A stretch of DNA of 61,213 nucleotides, filler included. It is 4 parts of 4 records of this genome, joined end to end, with 100 filler letters (N's around TTAATTAATTAA, not from the genome) between each part and the next. Parts side by side here need not be neighbours in the genome. Positions count along the whole stretch, not along the records: positions 14,212 to 28,247 come from SRR20825006_2915; positions 28,348 to 43,748 come from SRR20825006_2916; 2 more parts are not named here. The stretch is one strand, 5' to 3'. The notes under the pieces were generated by a model, which saw nothing but the letters and a program-made list of their open reading frames with translations, had not been told where the DNA came from and did not search any database. Made by a program: the position numbers and the translations under genes. Shown here in pieces: positions 21,047 through 31,800 of the stretch (within the stretch, counting starts at the first letter, position 1; each line of letters opens with the position of its first letter).

Positions 21047-21127
21047 ATAGTGATGGTGCAAATTATAATTGCTGAATCTACCTAAAAATAATTATTGGTA
21101 TGGAACGGATGTGATGGGTTAGAATAA

Positions 21128-21502
21128 CTAGCAGATAAAGGCAATATTAAAAAGCCCAAGTAGCCCTAAAATCAAAGCAATAAGACCAATAATTACCCGA
21201 TACGGATTTAATACACCGGCGGCTTTATTGAAGAAGTTTTGAAGTGAAGGATGATTTTCAAAAGTGCCCCCTAGAAGTGCTAACCCAGCCAATACCGCTA
21301 CGATATCTCTAAAAGTACAGAAAGGCCTGAACAAGAACCAAATCCCTAGAATTAAAGCTATGCCGCCAATAACCGCTGCAAATGGTTTTAGAGCATCGGC
21401 GATTTTAGTAAAAAGTTGCGTACTACCGTCCCATTTATCTAAGGTATTAATAGCAAGTAATATTCCTGCACAAATTAGGGCAAGTTCATAAAGAATTATC
21501 AT
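21128..21502 (-). CDS. Hypothetical small membrane protein (about 4 TM, internal duplication)
   Basis: Hydrophobic 124-aa ORF overlapping the upstream gene end by 17 nt. Confidence 0.7.
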   Translation of the reverse strand: MIILYELALICAGILLAINTLDKWDGSTQLFTKIADALKPFAAVIGGIALILGIWFLFRPFCTFRDIVAVLAGLALLGGTFENHPSLQNFFNKAAGVLNPYRVIIGLIALILGLLGLFNIAFIC

Positions 21503-21947
21503 TGTACAGCTGTGTTAGTTTATCAAAGTCGTTAGCGGGTTCAAGAGCGTTTTGCTCTCGTATAAAGTTAACGGCTTCCAATAAACTATCAAAAGAAAAA
21601 ATATCGCCTTTGTAGAAAAAACGTTCAATAACCAGATTGTATATAGCTGTTTTTCGATAGGTGACTACTGCAAATATTTTAAAGAGTTGACGCTCATTTA
21701 GGAATCTTAGCCAATCTTGAGGTTTGATGGCATAATCGTGTATTCGGTTTGAGATATAATTGATCTGCCCACCAGTACCATAAAACTGTTGACCTACACG
21801 TATTACTTCCGAAGCTTTATTCCAATCAAAAAGTTCACCTTCATTAATTTCTGAAATAATGAAGTTGTCAAAAAAGTAAAAAGTACCAAAACTAAAGCGA
21901 TGTTCTTCACGTATAAAATCAATTAAAGGGGAGTCTTCAACACGCAT
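21486..21947 (-). CDS. Hypothetical protein, STAS/SEC14-like fold
   Basis: FGTFYFFDNFIISEINEG, YISNRIHDY and FDSLLEA resemble Flavobacteriaceae STAS/SpoIIAA-like proteins. Confidence 0.65.
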   Translation of the reverse strand: MRVEDSPLIDFIREEHRFSFGTFYFFDNFIISEINEGELFDWNKASEVIRVGQQFYGTGGQINYISNRIHDYAIKPQDWLRFLNERQLFKIFAVVTYRKTAIYNLVIERFFYKGDIFSFDSLLEAVNFIREQNALEPANDFDKLTQLYNDNSL

Positions 21948-22026
21948 AGATTAAATTTTTTCTTTTTAAAGTAGAAAAAATACGAGGTTTCCGAAAACGT
22001 TTAACTAATTAATACGTTTTACTTAT

Positions 22027-22052
22027 AAAAAAAACCGCCCTAAGGCGGTTTT
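22027..22052 (-). terminator. Intrinsic terminator after the OmpA/MotB gene
   Basis: A8-CCGCC-CTAA-GGCGG-T4. Confidence 0.8.
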
Positions 22053-22076
22053 ATACAAGTAATTAGATTTTAAGGC

Positions 22077-22916
22077 TTAGTCCGTACTGCTTACCATAGA
22101 TAAAAACTTATCTAAGTTTGGTAGAATTACAATGCGCGTACGTCTGTTTTTCGCACGATCTTCTTTAGTTGCATTATCCACTAGTGGTAAATAGCTACTA
22201 CGGCCGGCAGCAATAAGTTTAGATGGGTCCACATCATATTTATCTTGTAGCTCTCTAATGATTGCTGTAGAACGCTCTACAGAAAGTTCCCAGTTATCTT
22301 TGATATAAGCTCCAGGTTTTACCGTTTGATCATCGGTATGGCCTTCTACCATCACCTCAATTGCCGGCTCAGAATTGATAACATCAGCTAAACGTTGTAA
22401 CAAACCGTCTGCTTTGTTGCTCACGCGATAACTTCCGCTGTTAAAAAGAAGCTTATCAGAAACATTGATCATTACTACAGTTTCGTCAATATCAACTTGA
22501 ATATCTTCATCTTCTCCTACCGAATTGTCTAAATTCTTTTTTAGGTTATAAGAAATAGCCAAGTTCATAGAATCCTCCAGACTTTTAGCCTGAGAAAGTT
22601 CGTTTTGATCTACATTTCTTAAGGTCTGGCGCATTTTGTCTTTTGTGCTTTCAGACATAACAGCTAGATTCTCTACCAGATCAAGCTTTTGATAATTATC
22701 ATCTCTAAGTGAATTAATTTTGCTGTTGTAGTCAGCAACACGGTTTTCTATAGCGCTGTATTTAGCTTCAAGTTCTTCCTTTTCAACTTGAGTTTTAGTA
22801 AGTGAAACTCGTGTATTATCGTATTTAGTTTCTAATTCGGTGTATTTCTTTTTAGAAACGCACGATACAGTAAGTATAGTCGCACCTACTAGTGCAACAG
22901 TATTCATTGTTCTCAT
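22077..22916 (-). CDS. OmpA/MotB-family peptidoglycan-binding lipoprotein
   Basis: Lipobox TVSC then VSKKKY, coiled coil, LLFNSG, VEGHTD, NWELSVERS and NRRTRIV. Confidence 0.88.
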   Translation of the reverse strand: MRTMNTVALVGATILTVSCVSKKKYTELETKYDNTRVSLTKTQVEKEELEAKYSAIENRVADYNSKINSLRDDNYQKLDLVENLAVMSESTKDKMRQTLRNVDQNELSQAKSLEDSMNLAISYNLKKNLDNSVGEDEDIQVDIDETVVMINVSDKLLFNSGSYRVSNKADGLLQRLADVINSEPAIEVMVEGHTDDQTVKPGAYIKDNWELSVERSTAIIRELQDKYDVDPSKLIAAGRSSYLPLVDNATKEDRAKNRRTRIVILPNLDKFLSMVSSTD

Positions 22917-23023
22917 TTTTCATAAATTTAGTTAGACCTTAATAACAGTTGCGCGCTAAATTTATTTTTTTGAGAATGCTATAATTCTGTTAAAACGAAG
23001 ATTGCAAGGAGTTGTAAATCACT

Positions 23024-23059
23024 AAAAAAGTCCGTAAACAGTACTGTATACGGACTTTT
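23024..23059. terminator. Intrinsic terminator (bidirectional form)
   Basis: AAAAAGTCCGTAAACAG-TA-CTGTATACGGACTTTT near-perfect palindrome. Confidence 0.8.
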
Positions 23060-23167
23060 AATATTATTATTTACGGGAGCTGATTAAGGAAAAGTTTCCG
23101 TAGGCTCACCTCATTTATTGCTTGTATTCAACTAATATTTCTCGGACTTGGTTGCCCTGAGGTAGGT

Positions 23168-23620
23168 TTATTTAATATCTACAACCTCAAGCTCAAAGAT
23201 CAAGTCTTGTCCTGCAAGTGGGTGATTTGCGTCGATCACGATACTCTCGTTGCGTACTTCGGCAACACGTAATTGACGCTCAGTACCGTCAGGATTTTTA
23301 GCAACTAATCCCATCCCAACTTGAGGATCTATTTCCTGCGGAAGGTCTGCCTTTGGTACTTCTTGAAAAAGATCTTTACGAACTTCACCATAAGCTTCAG
23401 CCTCAGGAATCGTGATCGTTTTCTTTTCGCTTACGGTCATATCAATTAGGCCTTTTTCAAAACCGGGGATGATCTGACCTTGACCCAATTGAAATTCAAG
23501 CGGTTGTTTATCTACCGAACTGTCAAAAATCTGACCATTGGTTAATTTTCCGGTATAGTGTACTTGAACCGTATCGTTATTTTTTACTGAACGTTGTGTA
23601 TTTTTTTCCTGTGTTTCCAT
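23168..23620 (-). CDS. FKBP-type peptidyl-prolyl isomerase (SlyD/FkpB-like, no His-rich tail)
   Basis: VHYTGKL, FDSS, IIPGFE, EAYGE and DANHPLAG. Start at ATG 23620. Confidence 0.93.
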   Translation of the reverse strand: METQEKNTQRSVKNNDTVQVHYTGKLTNGQIFDSSVDKQPLEFQLGQGQIIPGFEKGLIDMTVSEKKTITIPEAEAYGEVRKDLFQEVPKADLPQEIDPQVGMGLVAKNPDGTERQLRVAEVRNESIVIDANHPLAGQDLIFELEVVDIK

Positions 23621-23691
23621 AGTGCGGAAGCTATAAAACAGAGGAGGCAATACCTAAGCAATTTTGTTAAAATAAAAATTTTTACGAGTTC

Positions 23692-23730
23692 AAAAAAGAA
23701 AAGCATCAAACCTTTACGATTTGATGCTTT
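23692..23730 (-). terminator. Intrinsic terminator after lepB
   Basis: AAAGCATCAAA...TTTGATGCTTT with an A-run that gives a U-tail on the minus strand. Confidence 0.75.
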
Positions 23731-23751
23731 GCGCTTGATTTTATTTAGAAA

Positions 23752-25323
23752 TTAGGACTTCGCTTTTCTGATCTTTATCACTTTGGAGATCACAAAATAA
23801 GCCACCAGCGCAATAATAAAGTAAATAAAGTAGGAAACCGGCTTGCCATCACCACCTACGGTAGTAAATAAACGTTCCCAACGAATTTTTTCCATAATTC
23901 CGGTACCATTGCTATCCCAGCTAAACCAGATGAATACCGGTTTACCTACAATATGATTTTCAGGAACAAATCCCCAGAATCTGCTGTCTTCACTATTGTG
24001 ACGGTTGTCACCCATCATCCAGTAATAATCCTGTTGAAAGGTGTATTCTGAAAGGGGTTCTCCATTAAGCAGCACTTGATTTCCTTCTACTGAAATTTCA
24101 CGCGTTTCTCCCATTTCTTCGCCTTCATAAACTTCGATAAGACGTTTGTAAAGCGGAAGGTTTTCAACAGAAATAGGTGTGGTAGTACCTTTCTTTGGAA
24201 TATACACTGAAGCGATCTGATCTCTATTTCCTAAGCTGGCATTTCCTTTAGGAAAGATTGAAGGATCTTTTTGGTCAGTTCCGGCGATAAGTTTTTCTAA
24301 AGAAGCAACATTAGGATGATTGCGGAAGCGCTCGGCATTTTCAGCAGTAAGGGCTTGTGTGAAAAATTGGGTTGAGTTATAAAATTTCAGATTACTGATC
24401 TTATATTGATCGTAAAGATTTTTCGCATTGAATCCGCCGCCTTTTGCGGTTCCTTGATAACTATATTGCAGTTGAGCGCGACCCGGCAGTTCTAGCGGAT
24501 TATTATTAACATAAACCTTACCGTCTACAACTTTTAAACTATCCCCCGGAAGTCCTACCGCACGCTTTACATAATTAGATTTTTTATCAATGGGTTTATG
24601 GTAATATTTACCATCATCTAAGCCATAAAAGCGATTTACCGTATCTACCGGCCAGCTAAACACCACAATATCACTACGCTCAATATCCTGAAACCCTGGA
24701 AGTCTAAAATAGGGGAGATGTGGCTTATCTAAATACGATTTTATCCCCAATCCCGGAATGGTGTCGTGAACCATCGGGAAGCTAACAGTGGTCATTGGGG
24801 TACGCGCACCATAATGAAATTTACTTACAAAAAGAAAATCCCCAATAAGTAAAGTACGTTCTAAAGATCCCGTAGGTATCGTAAAAGGTTGCATTACATA
24901 AGTGTGCACAATGGTCGCAGCAACTACGGCAAAAAGTATAGAGCTTACCCATTCTCCAAATGCACTTTTAGCAACTAGCGAACGCTCAGTTTTATAGGTT
25001 ACGGGCGCCGCATAGTTTAAATAATATAGGTAAAAGCCTAGCGTAACGATCACCAGTAGCGTATCGGTTGTTGAGTTTTTACCAAAGCTACGCGCTGTTT
25101 CAACCCAGATTACAGGAAACATAATGAGATTAACAATGGGTATAAACAATAAAATGGTCCACCATTTAGGGCGACCAATTATTTGCATTAACACGATTGC
25201 ATTGTAAACAGGAACGATTGCTTCCCAAGCTTGACGTCCTGCTTTTTTATAGAGTTTCCAGGTGCCTAAAAAGTGGATTACCTGAACCAACAGGAAAAAT
25301 AAAAACCATTGCATCATTGTCAT
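23752..25323 (-). CDS. lepB: Signal peptidase I with N-terminal DUF5684-like membrane domain
   Basis: IPTGSLERTL (Ser), YVKR (Lys) and MGDNRHNSEDSRFWG. Confidence 0.95.
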   Translation of the reverse strand: MTMMQWFLFFLLVQVIHFLGTWKLYKKAGRQAWEAIVPVYNAIVLMQIIGRPKWWTILLFIPIVNLIMFPVIWVETARSFGKNSTTDTLLVIVTLGFYLYYLNYAAPVTYKTERSLVAKSAFGEWVSSILFAVVAATIVHTYVMQPFTIPTGSLERTLLIGDFLFVSKFHYGARTPMTTVSFPMVHDTIPGLGIKSYLDKPHLPYFRLPGFQDIERSDIVVFSWPVDTVNRFYGLDDGKYYHKPIDKKSNYVKRAVGLPGDSLKVVDGKVYVNNNPLELPGRAQLQYSYQGTAKGGGFNAKNLYDQYKISNLKFYNSTQFFTQALTAENAERFRNHPNVASLEKLIAGTDQKDPSIFPKGNASLGNRDQIASVYIPKKGTTTPISVENLPLYKRLIEVYEGEEMGETREISVEGNQVLLNGEPLSEYTFQQDYYWMMGDNRHNSEDSRFWGFVPENHIVGKPVFIWFSWDSNGTGIMEKIRWERLFTTVGGDGKPVSYFIYFIIALVAYFVISKVIKIRKAKS

Positions 25324-25374
25324 GGGTCTACGAGTTTTGTTGTATCTGTCTGTTTTTTACGTGTGATGTTACGG

Positions 25375-26073
25375 TTATGATAAATTCAAAACATCTTTCA
25401 TACTGTACACGCCGGTTTTGTCTTTAAGCCATTCTGCTGCGATGATTGCACCTAAAGCGAATCCATTTCGGTTATGTGCTTTATGTTCAATGGTGATTTC
25501 ATCTACTTGACTTCCGTAATTGATGATGTGTGTTCCAGGAACTTCACCTTCACGCTCTGCTTTGATTGAAATCTTATCATCTTCTTCAGCATCAAGTATC
25601 CAATCTGTTTTATCAGAGTGTTCTAGAATACCTTCAGCAAGAGTTATAGCGGTTCCGCTAGGAGCATCTAACTTGTGAATATGGTGCACTTCGGTCATCG
25701 AAACATTGTAGTCTTTAAGACCCTGCATCATTTTAGCAAGCTGTTTATTAAGTTCAAAAAAGATGTTTACGCCTACGCTAAAATTTGAAGCGTAAATAAA
25801 ACTACCATTATTCTTCTTGCAAAGTGCGACCATCTCATCATAGTGATCGAGCCAGCCGGTAGTCCCGGAAACCACAGGCACATTAGCATTCAGGCACGCC
25901 GAAATGTTTGCAACGGCAGCCGTTGGCACACTAAAATCAATGGCAACTTCGGCACCATTAAAATCATAATCATCATTGGCGTCAATGGTTTTTACGATCT
26001 CGTGACCACGTTCTTGTGCAAGTTTTTCAATGGTTTTTCCCATACGGCCGTAGCCAAGAAGGGCAATCTTCAT
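25375..26073 (-). CDS. dapB: 4-hydroxy-tetrahydrodipicolinate reductase
   Basis: GYGRMG, IDFS, GTTG, ASNFSVG and EVHHIHKLDAPSGTA. Confidence 0.97.
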   Translation of the reverse strand: MKIALLGYGRMGKTIEKLAQERGHEIVKTIDANDDYDFNGAEVAIDFSVPTAAVANISACLNANVPVVSGTTGWLDHYDEMVALCKKNNGSFIYASNFSVGVNIFFELNKQLAKMMQGLKDYNVSMTEVHHIHKLDAPSGTAITLAEGILEHSDKTDWILDAEEDDKISIKAEREGEVPGTHIINYGSQVDEITIEHKAHNRNGFALGAIIAAEWLKDKTGVYSMKDVLNLS

Positions 26074-26076
26074 AAT

Positions 26077-26667
26077 CTAAAATGTATAAGTTATACGCAT
26101 CCCAAAAGTGTTTGAGAAATCAAATTCGTTGCGTTCCATAAAAGGGGCGAAGCTCAACCGATCTTCAACCTCATATTGAGAGAGGTGAGCGTCAACGTTG
26201 GCTTCTAAGATTTGTAATACATAAAGACCTGCGGAAATTAAAATCGCAAGTTCTTTATTTCTGCGGTAAAAATCCTGAGCGCGCAGCAGCTGATCTTCGG
26301 TAAATAATTCGGTGGTATTGCCGTCTTCATCTACGATCGTAAATTCATCAATTCTACCGGCAATACGGTCTTTGTAGGCGCTTCGATACTGCTGAAAAAG
26401 GTCGTGATTATACACTGCAATACCTACACCTGTACCTAAAGCTCCATAAACAATAGGAATCTTCCAGTAATCTTTATTGTAGGCTTGACCCAAACCGGGA
26501 AGAACAGCAGCATAAAAAGCGGCCTTGGCCGGTTTTAATGCGTCGTATTCTTGAAACGCGGCGTCTATTTCTTCAGCTTCGATCTGAGGTTCTTCTTCAG
26601 GGGTTTCCTGACTGAAACTGAAACTGAAAACCAGTAGGGCGGCAAGAATTATAAGTTTATTCGGCAC
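26077..26667 (-). CDS. DUF5683-like protein
   Basis: PAKAAFYAAVLPGLGQAYNKDYWKIPIVY and EANVDAHL; typical Bacteroidota position between parB and dapB. Confidence 0.8.
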   Translation of the reverse strand: MPNKLIILAALLVFSFSFSQETPEEEPQIEAEEIDAAFQEYDALKPAKAAFYAAVLPGLGQAYNKDYWKIPIVYGALGTGVGIAVYNHDLFQQYRSAYKDRIAGRIDEFTIVDEDGNTTELFTEDQLLRAQDFYRRNKELAILISAGLYVLQILEANVDAHLSQYEVEDRLSFAPFMERNEFDFSNTFGMRITYTF

Positions 26668-27562
26668 CAGATATTAATTTTTTTAATCGCTTGAAATCTT
26701 CTTCTGAAGAAAACGGAATAATTAGTTTTCCATTGCCTTTTGAAGCTACTTTAATATCTACTTTAGCCCCAAAATAAGAAGCAAACTCTTTTTTTCCTTC
26801 CTGAATAAATTCAGGCACTTTGGTTTTTACCGGAGTAGCTTTACCAGATTTTTTTCCTTCTTTGTAATTCTTTACAAGCGCTTCTGTGGCTCTAACCGAT
26901 AAAGAATCCTGAATGATTTTTTCGTAAATATCGAGTTGGTCTGAAGTATTCTCGATATTAATCAACGCACGCCCGTGACCCATAGAAAGAAAGCCGTCGC
27001 GCATACCGGTCTGGATGATCGGGTCTAATTTCAACAAACGCAAATAGTTAGCAATTGTAGATCTGTTTTTACCTACACGCTCGCTCATTTGCTCTTGAGT
27101 GAGGTTGATTTCTTCAATTAAGCGCTCATAAGAAAGTGCGATCTCAATAGGATCAAGATCTTCTCGCTGAATATTTTCAACAAGCGCCATCTCAAGAGAT
27201 TCTTGATCATTGGCGATACGTATGTATGCAGGGACGGTCTCAAGACCAACTAATTTTGAAGCTCTAAAACGGCGCTCTCCAGAAACCAGTTGATATTTAC
27301 CAAACTCAATTTTGCGTACGGTTATGGGTTGAATAACCCCAAGCTCTCTAATAGAGCTTGCTAACTCCTTGAGAGCATCTTCATTAAAACTGCTTCTAGG
27401 CTGAAACGGGTTAACTTCAATATTGGCGAGTTCGAGCTCTACAATATTACCAACAACTTTATCAGCGCCCTTGTCTCCGGCAGCTTTAATATCATTTTCC
27501 GGATCTTTCAAAAGTGCCGAAAGTCCTCTTCCCAAAGCTTGTTTTTTAACTGCCTTAGCCAT
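26657..27562 (-). CDS. parB: Chromosome partitioning protein ParB
   Basis: ALGRGLSALL, NPFQPR, SGERRFRA, ENIQREDL and an HTH. Confidence 0.96.
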   Translation of the reverse strand: MAKAVKKQALGRGLSALLKDPENDIKAAGDKGADKVVGNIVELELANIEVNPFQPRSSFNEDALKELASSIRELGVIQPITVRKIEFGKYQLVSGERRFRASKLVGLETVPAYIRIANDQESLEMALVENIQREDLDPIEIALSYERLIEEINLTQEQMSERVGKNRSTIANYLRLLKLDPIIQTGMRDGFLSMGHGRALINIENTSDQLDIYEKIIQDSLSVRATEALVKNYKEGKKSGKATPVKTKVPEFIQEGKKEFASYFGAKVDIKVASKGNGKLIIPFSSEEDFKRLKKLISGAE

Positions 27563-27564
27563 AG

Positions 27565-28245
27565 TTATGCGTCATTTTTTGTGATTATCTCCTGAGCTAA
27601 ACTTAAGTAATTTGCAGCTCCTTTACTGCCGGCATCATAATTAATAATGCTTTCTCCATAACTAGGAGCCTCGCTAAGGCGTACATTTCGTTGGATGATT
27701 GTATCAAAAACCATCTCATCAAAATGCTTTTGTACCTCCTCAACTACTTGATTAGAAAGACGTAGTCTTGAATCAAACATGGTTAGTAAAAGCCCCTCAA
27801 TATCTAAAGATGAATTGTGTATTTTTTGAACACTCTTAATTGTGTTTAGAAGTTTACCCAACCCTTCTAATGCAAAATATTCACACTGAATAGGAATGAT
27901 CACAGAATCTGAAGCAGTAAGTGCATTTAGCGTTAAGAGCCCTAAAGACGGTGCACAGTCGATCAAAATATAATCGTAGGTGTCTTTAAGATGTCTAATA
28001 GCGCGGGCTAACATATACTCTCGCTGATCCATATCAACCAATTCGATCTCAATAGCCACCAAATCAATATGCGCCGGAATCAAATCCAAATTAGGAGATT
28101 CGGTTTTCATAATGGTTTCTTCAGCCTTACTAGAATGTTCCAGCAGCTGGTAGGTACCCATTTCTATCGTCTCAACATCTATACCCAATCCTGAGGTAGC
28201 ATTGGCTTGCGGATCTGCATCAATTAAGAGTACTTTTTTTTCAAG
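27565..28245 (-). CDS. parA: Chromosome partitioning ATPase ParA/Soj (5'-truncated by the contig end)
   Basis: The frame continues upstream of the listed ORF as LEKKVLLIDADPQANATSGLG; also IDCAPSLG, QCEYFALEG and RLSEAPSYG. Confidence 0.96.
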   Translation of the reverse strand, partial: LEKKVLLIDADPQANATSGLGIDVETIEMGTYQLLEHSSKAEETIMKTESPNLDLIPAHIDLVAIEIELVDMDQREYMLARAIRHLKDTYDYILIDCAPSLGLLTLNALTASDSVIIPIQCEYFALEGLGKLLNTIKSVQKIHNSSLDIEGLLLTMFDSRLRLSNQVVEEVQKHFDEMVFDTIIQRNVRLSEAPSYGESIINYDAGSKGAANYLSLAQEIITKNDA

Positions 28246-28247
28246 CA

Positions 28248-28347
28248 NNNNNNNNNNNNNNNNNNNNNNNNNNNNNNNNNNNNNNNNNNNNTTAATTAAT
28301 TAANNNNNNNNNNNNNNNNNNNNNNNNNNNNNNNNNNNNNNNNNNNN
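28248..28347. other. Artificial contig linker
   Basis: N44-TTAATTAATTAA-N44, with an abrupt AT-rich to GC-rich switch. Confidence 0.99.
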
Positions 28348-28570
28348 TTCTACTCTGTTTCCCACGACAGCCCCGTCTGGAGGCAGGCCGATGCAACGAA
28401 CGAATGAGCCACATTGCCAATCACCATCGTTCCACCCAACAAGGTTCGAAGGGTCGACACAGCAATCCCCCGAGCAGAAGGTTGCTGGCAATTGACAGTT
28501 ATCAGACTTCGGCGAGCTCATTGTCTCGTACTTGCTGGGGAGCCCAATCGCCCGCTGCGATTGACTGTGA

Positions 28571-28897
28571 TCACGACAACTCTTTTTTCAGCTTTGCGTC
28601 GGCAGCGTTCATTTCGTCCTGCGACTTGAATTCGACCACGATCGTCTTCAGCCGAGAGGTTTCGCCGGCGACGATCGCAACACGGCCCTTGCTGACGCGC
28701 AACCATTTCGCGAGCGACGCGATGACCGCTTTGTTGGCTTTGCCATCTTCCGGCACCGTGTGAACCGACACTTTCAAAGCCCCATCGTGCAGTCCACCCA
28801 CCGAAGCCTTCTTGGCTTTGGGAGTGACCCGCACGCGAAACCTCCATGTCAAGCCATCGCATTGTCGATCCAGTCCTGCTCCTGGCTCGCTCATCAC
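28571..28897 (-). CDS. DUF167/YggU-family protein
   Basis: RVRVTPKAKK, PEDGKAN and GETSRLK; ATGA overlap with the putA stop. Confidence 0.88.
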   Translation of the reverse strand: MMSEPGAGLDRQCDGLTWRFRVRVTPKAKKASVGGLHDGALKVSVHTVPEDGKANKAVIASLAKWLRVSKGRVAIVAGETSRLKTIVVEFKSQDEMNAADAKLKKELS

Positions 28898-31800
28898 TCA
28901 GCATCAGTTGGCTGTGACAACTTGGCTGATCGACGTCCAAGGTTGCCATAGCGGTGATAATCATGCGAGATCGATTGCTCGTTCAGGTATCGCAAGCATT
29001 CAATGCGTCCGTGATCCACCACTGGTTCATCAATCACCGTGATGAAGCGGCGTCCGCAAGCTCGACGAATCGATTCTTTGGCGTGGGTCAGCGTACGCAT
29101 TCGGCTAACACCACCGCCTTCGATTCGCTCGATCAACTGCTCCACGGATTCTTCGATGGGATCAATCAATCCGGGCAACCAATCGGCGGTGGTTTCCAGC
29201 ATCGCCGACTTCGACCGATCCAGCTCAGGTGACAGTGAAAGCGTGAACTGGGTGCCCACGCAAACCGCCGCCGAGATCGCCACGATCGCATCCACAATGT
29301 CGTCGTCCTTCTCGATTCGAATCGTCATGCCATCGACGGATCGATAACGACGAATATTGTCTTGGCCGGTCAATCGATAGGTGTCGTGTTCCAACGCGAA
29401 ATCAGTTGCATTGGCGATTTCTTGCGACGTGATCGCTCGTTCGATTCGGAACTTCTGACCATCGCCCAACATCTCGTCGGAATAGCGACCACGCTCGATC
29501 CAATCCCGCATCCGATCGAGCTGGTCGTGCGAAGCTTCGACTTCGTCCGTCGGTGGTGTCCAATCGCTCGCATGTGTGACCTTGGAAAGGGCAAGCACAT
29601 AATTTGGACCGCCGGCTTTGATACCGGGACCGTAGGCGGACAGACCGACTCCGCCAAACGGTTGCCGCAACACGATCGCGCCGGTCGTTGGACGATTGAT
29701 GTAGAGGTTGCCAGCAGGAATGGATTCTCGCCACAATTTGATTTCTCGATCGTCCAAACTTTCCAGTCCGCTGGTCAACCCATAACCGGTCGAACGCACG
29801 ATTTCGATCGCTTCTTCCAGTCGACCAAATCGCATCACACCCATCACCGGTCCAAACAACTCGGTCGTATGAGTGAAGCTGCCCGGTTGCACGTCCCATT
29901 TGACGCCCGGCCGGTACAACGTTGGGTTGCCATCGACATGCTCGGACATCACCAACCAAGATTCGCCACCCTCGAGTTCTTGCAAACCACGTCGCAGTTT
30001 GTCGGTTGGCGGATCGACCAACGGGGTCACGCGGGTATGCAAATCCCAAGCGGATCCCACCGGCAGACTGCGAACCGCGTCGGCCAAAATTTCTCGGAAT
30101 TCCGGATCGTCGAACACTTCGTTTTCGAGCAACAACAGCGACGTGGCACTGCATTTTTGTCCGCTGTGTCCAAACGCCGAATGCAACACGTGTTTGATCG
30201 CCAGGTCACGGTCCGCCATCGCGGTCACGACCGTCACGTTCTTACCGCCTGTTTCGGCCAGCAAGTGAAGATCCGGCCGCACGTCCAGCATTCGCTTTGC
30301 GGTTGATGTACCGCCGGTCAGAATGACGGTGTCAACGATTGGATTCTTGACCAACCACTCTTCCGCAACTTCGTCGTCACAGATCACAAACTGCAAAGCA
30401 TCACGCGGAACACCTGCGTCCCAGAATGCCTGGCACATCAGCCACGCCGGCAACAAAGTTTGCATCGATGGTTTGACAACCACCGGGTTTCCCGCTGCGA
30501 TCGCGGCTGCAATTCCGCCACATGCGATCGCCAAAGGAAAGTTCCATGGCGTGATGACGGCGACGACGCCGCGTGGTTCACACCGGATCCCATCGCACTC
30601 GTCCCAAGCCTTCATGGTCAGCGGATAGAACTCCAGAAAGTCAATTGCTTCGCTGACTTCTGGATCCGCCTCAGCAACCGTTTTGCCTGCTCCGGCCACC
30701 ATGCTGCCGATCCAATCCCCACGTCTTTCGCGAGCCAATTGCGCGACCGAACGTAGGACTGAATAACGCTCATCAACAGATAGATCCGCCGCCCAGGTCG
30801 ATTCGCTGGATGCTCTGACGGCGGATTCAACTGCGGGCGAAGTTGCTTTCTTGTAACGACAAGTCACGACGCCGGGACGCGAGACATCGTCGGTGGTGAA
30901 CCATTCCGCTGAAACGCGATCGTCTCCGTCCAGCGAATCCACGTCGGGCAAACCAACCAGCACCGGCGTCACACGAGTTGCCTGCTCGTCACAAAGTGGC
31001 TTCCAACGATCCAGTGTTTCTTGTGCCCACTTCGAATTGTGAGGCAGCGACCAATCGGTATCGGGTTCATTCACGAACTGCGTCCAATGCTCCGCCGCGG
31101 GCGGCTGCACGGGAGTCTGGTATCGATTCTGGTTTCGTCGAGGCTGCACCGAAACCGTTTCGCAATCCATCAACGCGTCCTTGAACCGTCCCGCCAACAA
31201 TTCAAAGTCGGGTGAGTCCGGCTGCAATCGATACGCATGACGCAGGAAGTTCTCAGCGCCGGTGTTTTCATCCAAGCGGCGAATCAAATACGTGATCGCA
31301 TGCAAGAAATCTGATTTTTTGCAAGCTGGAGCGTACAACAACATCGCCGCGTCTCGTTCCGTCAACGCCCGGCGTTGATGATTGGCCATGCCCTCCAGCA
31401 TTTCGAACTGGACCGAATCCGAGGCTCCCGATCGCTGAGTCCAAATCATCGCCAGCGCCACATCAAACAAGTTGTGCGACGCGACACCAACGCGAATGTT
31501 CCCATCCGCAGCAGCACTGATTAGCTCCCTGAGCATGCGTTTGAAGTTCGCATCCGTATCGTGCTTGTTCGTGTACGGAGCCAGCGGCCATCCACCAACG
31601 GACGCGTGCACGCGTTCCATTTCGAGGTTTGCACCTTTGACCAAACGGATCGTCAACGGAGCACCGCCACCGGCGACTCGCTTCGTCGACCACTCAATCA
31701 GGTCTCGCATGACTAAACAAGAATCTGGCACGTAGGCTTGCAACGCGATCCCAGCTTGAATGGAATCCAGATCATCGCGTTCCAATGTCTCACGAAGCAC

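Noticed and set aside
22077-22916. MotB-like protein as evidence of flagella in a flavobacterium
   Set aside because: It is a lipoprotein without the MotB TM Asp helix and has no motA neighbour; the OmpA-like domain is generic.
28348-28521. Truncated minus-strand ORF downstream of DUF167 (MSSPKSDNC...)
   Set aside because: Too short and cut by the linker. It may be a real gene start, but no product can be supported.
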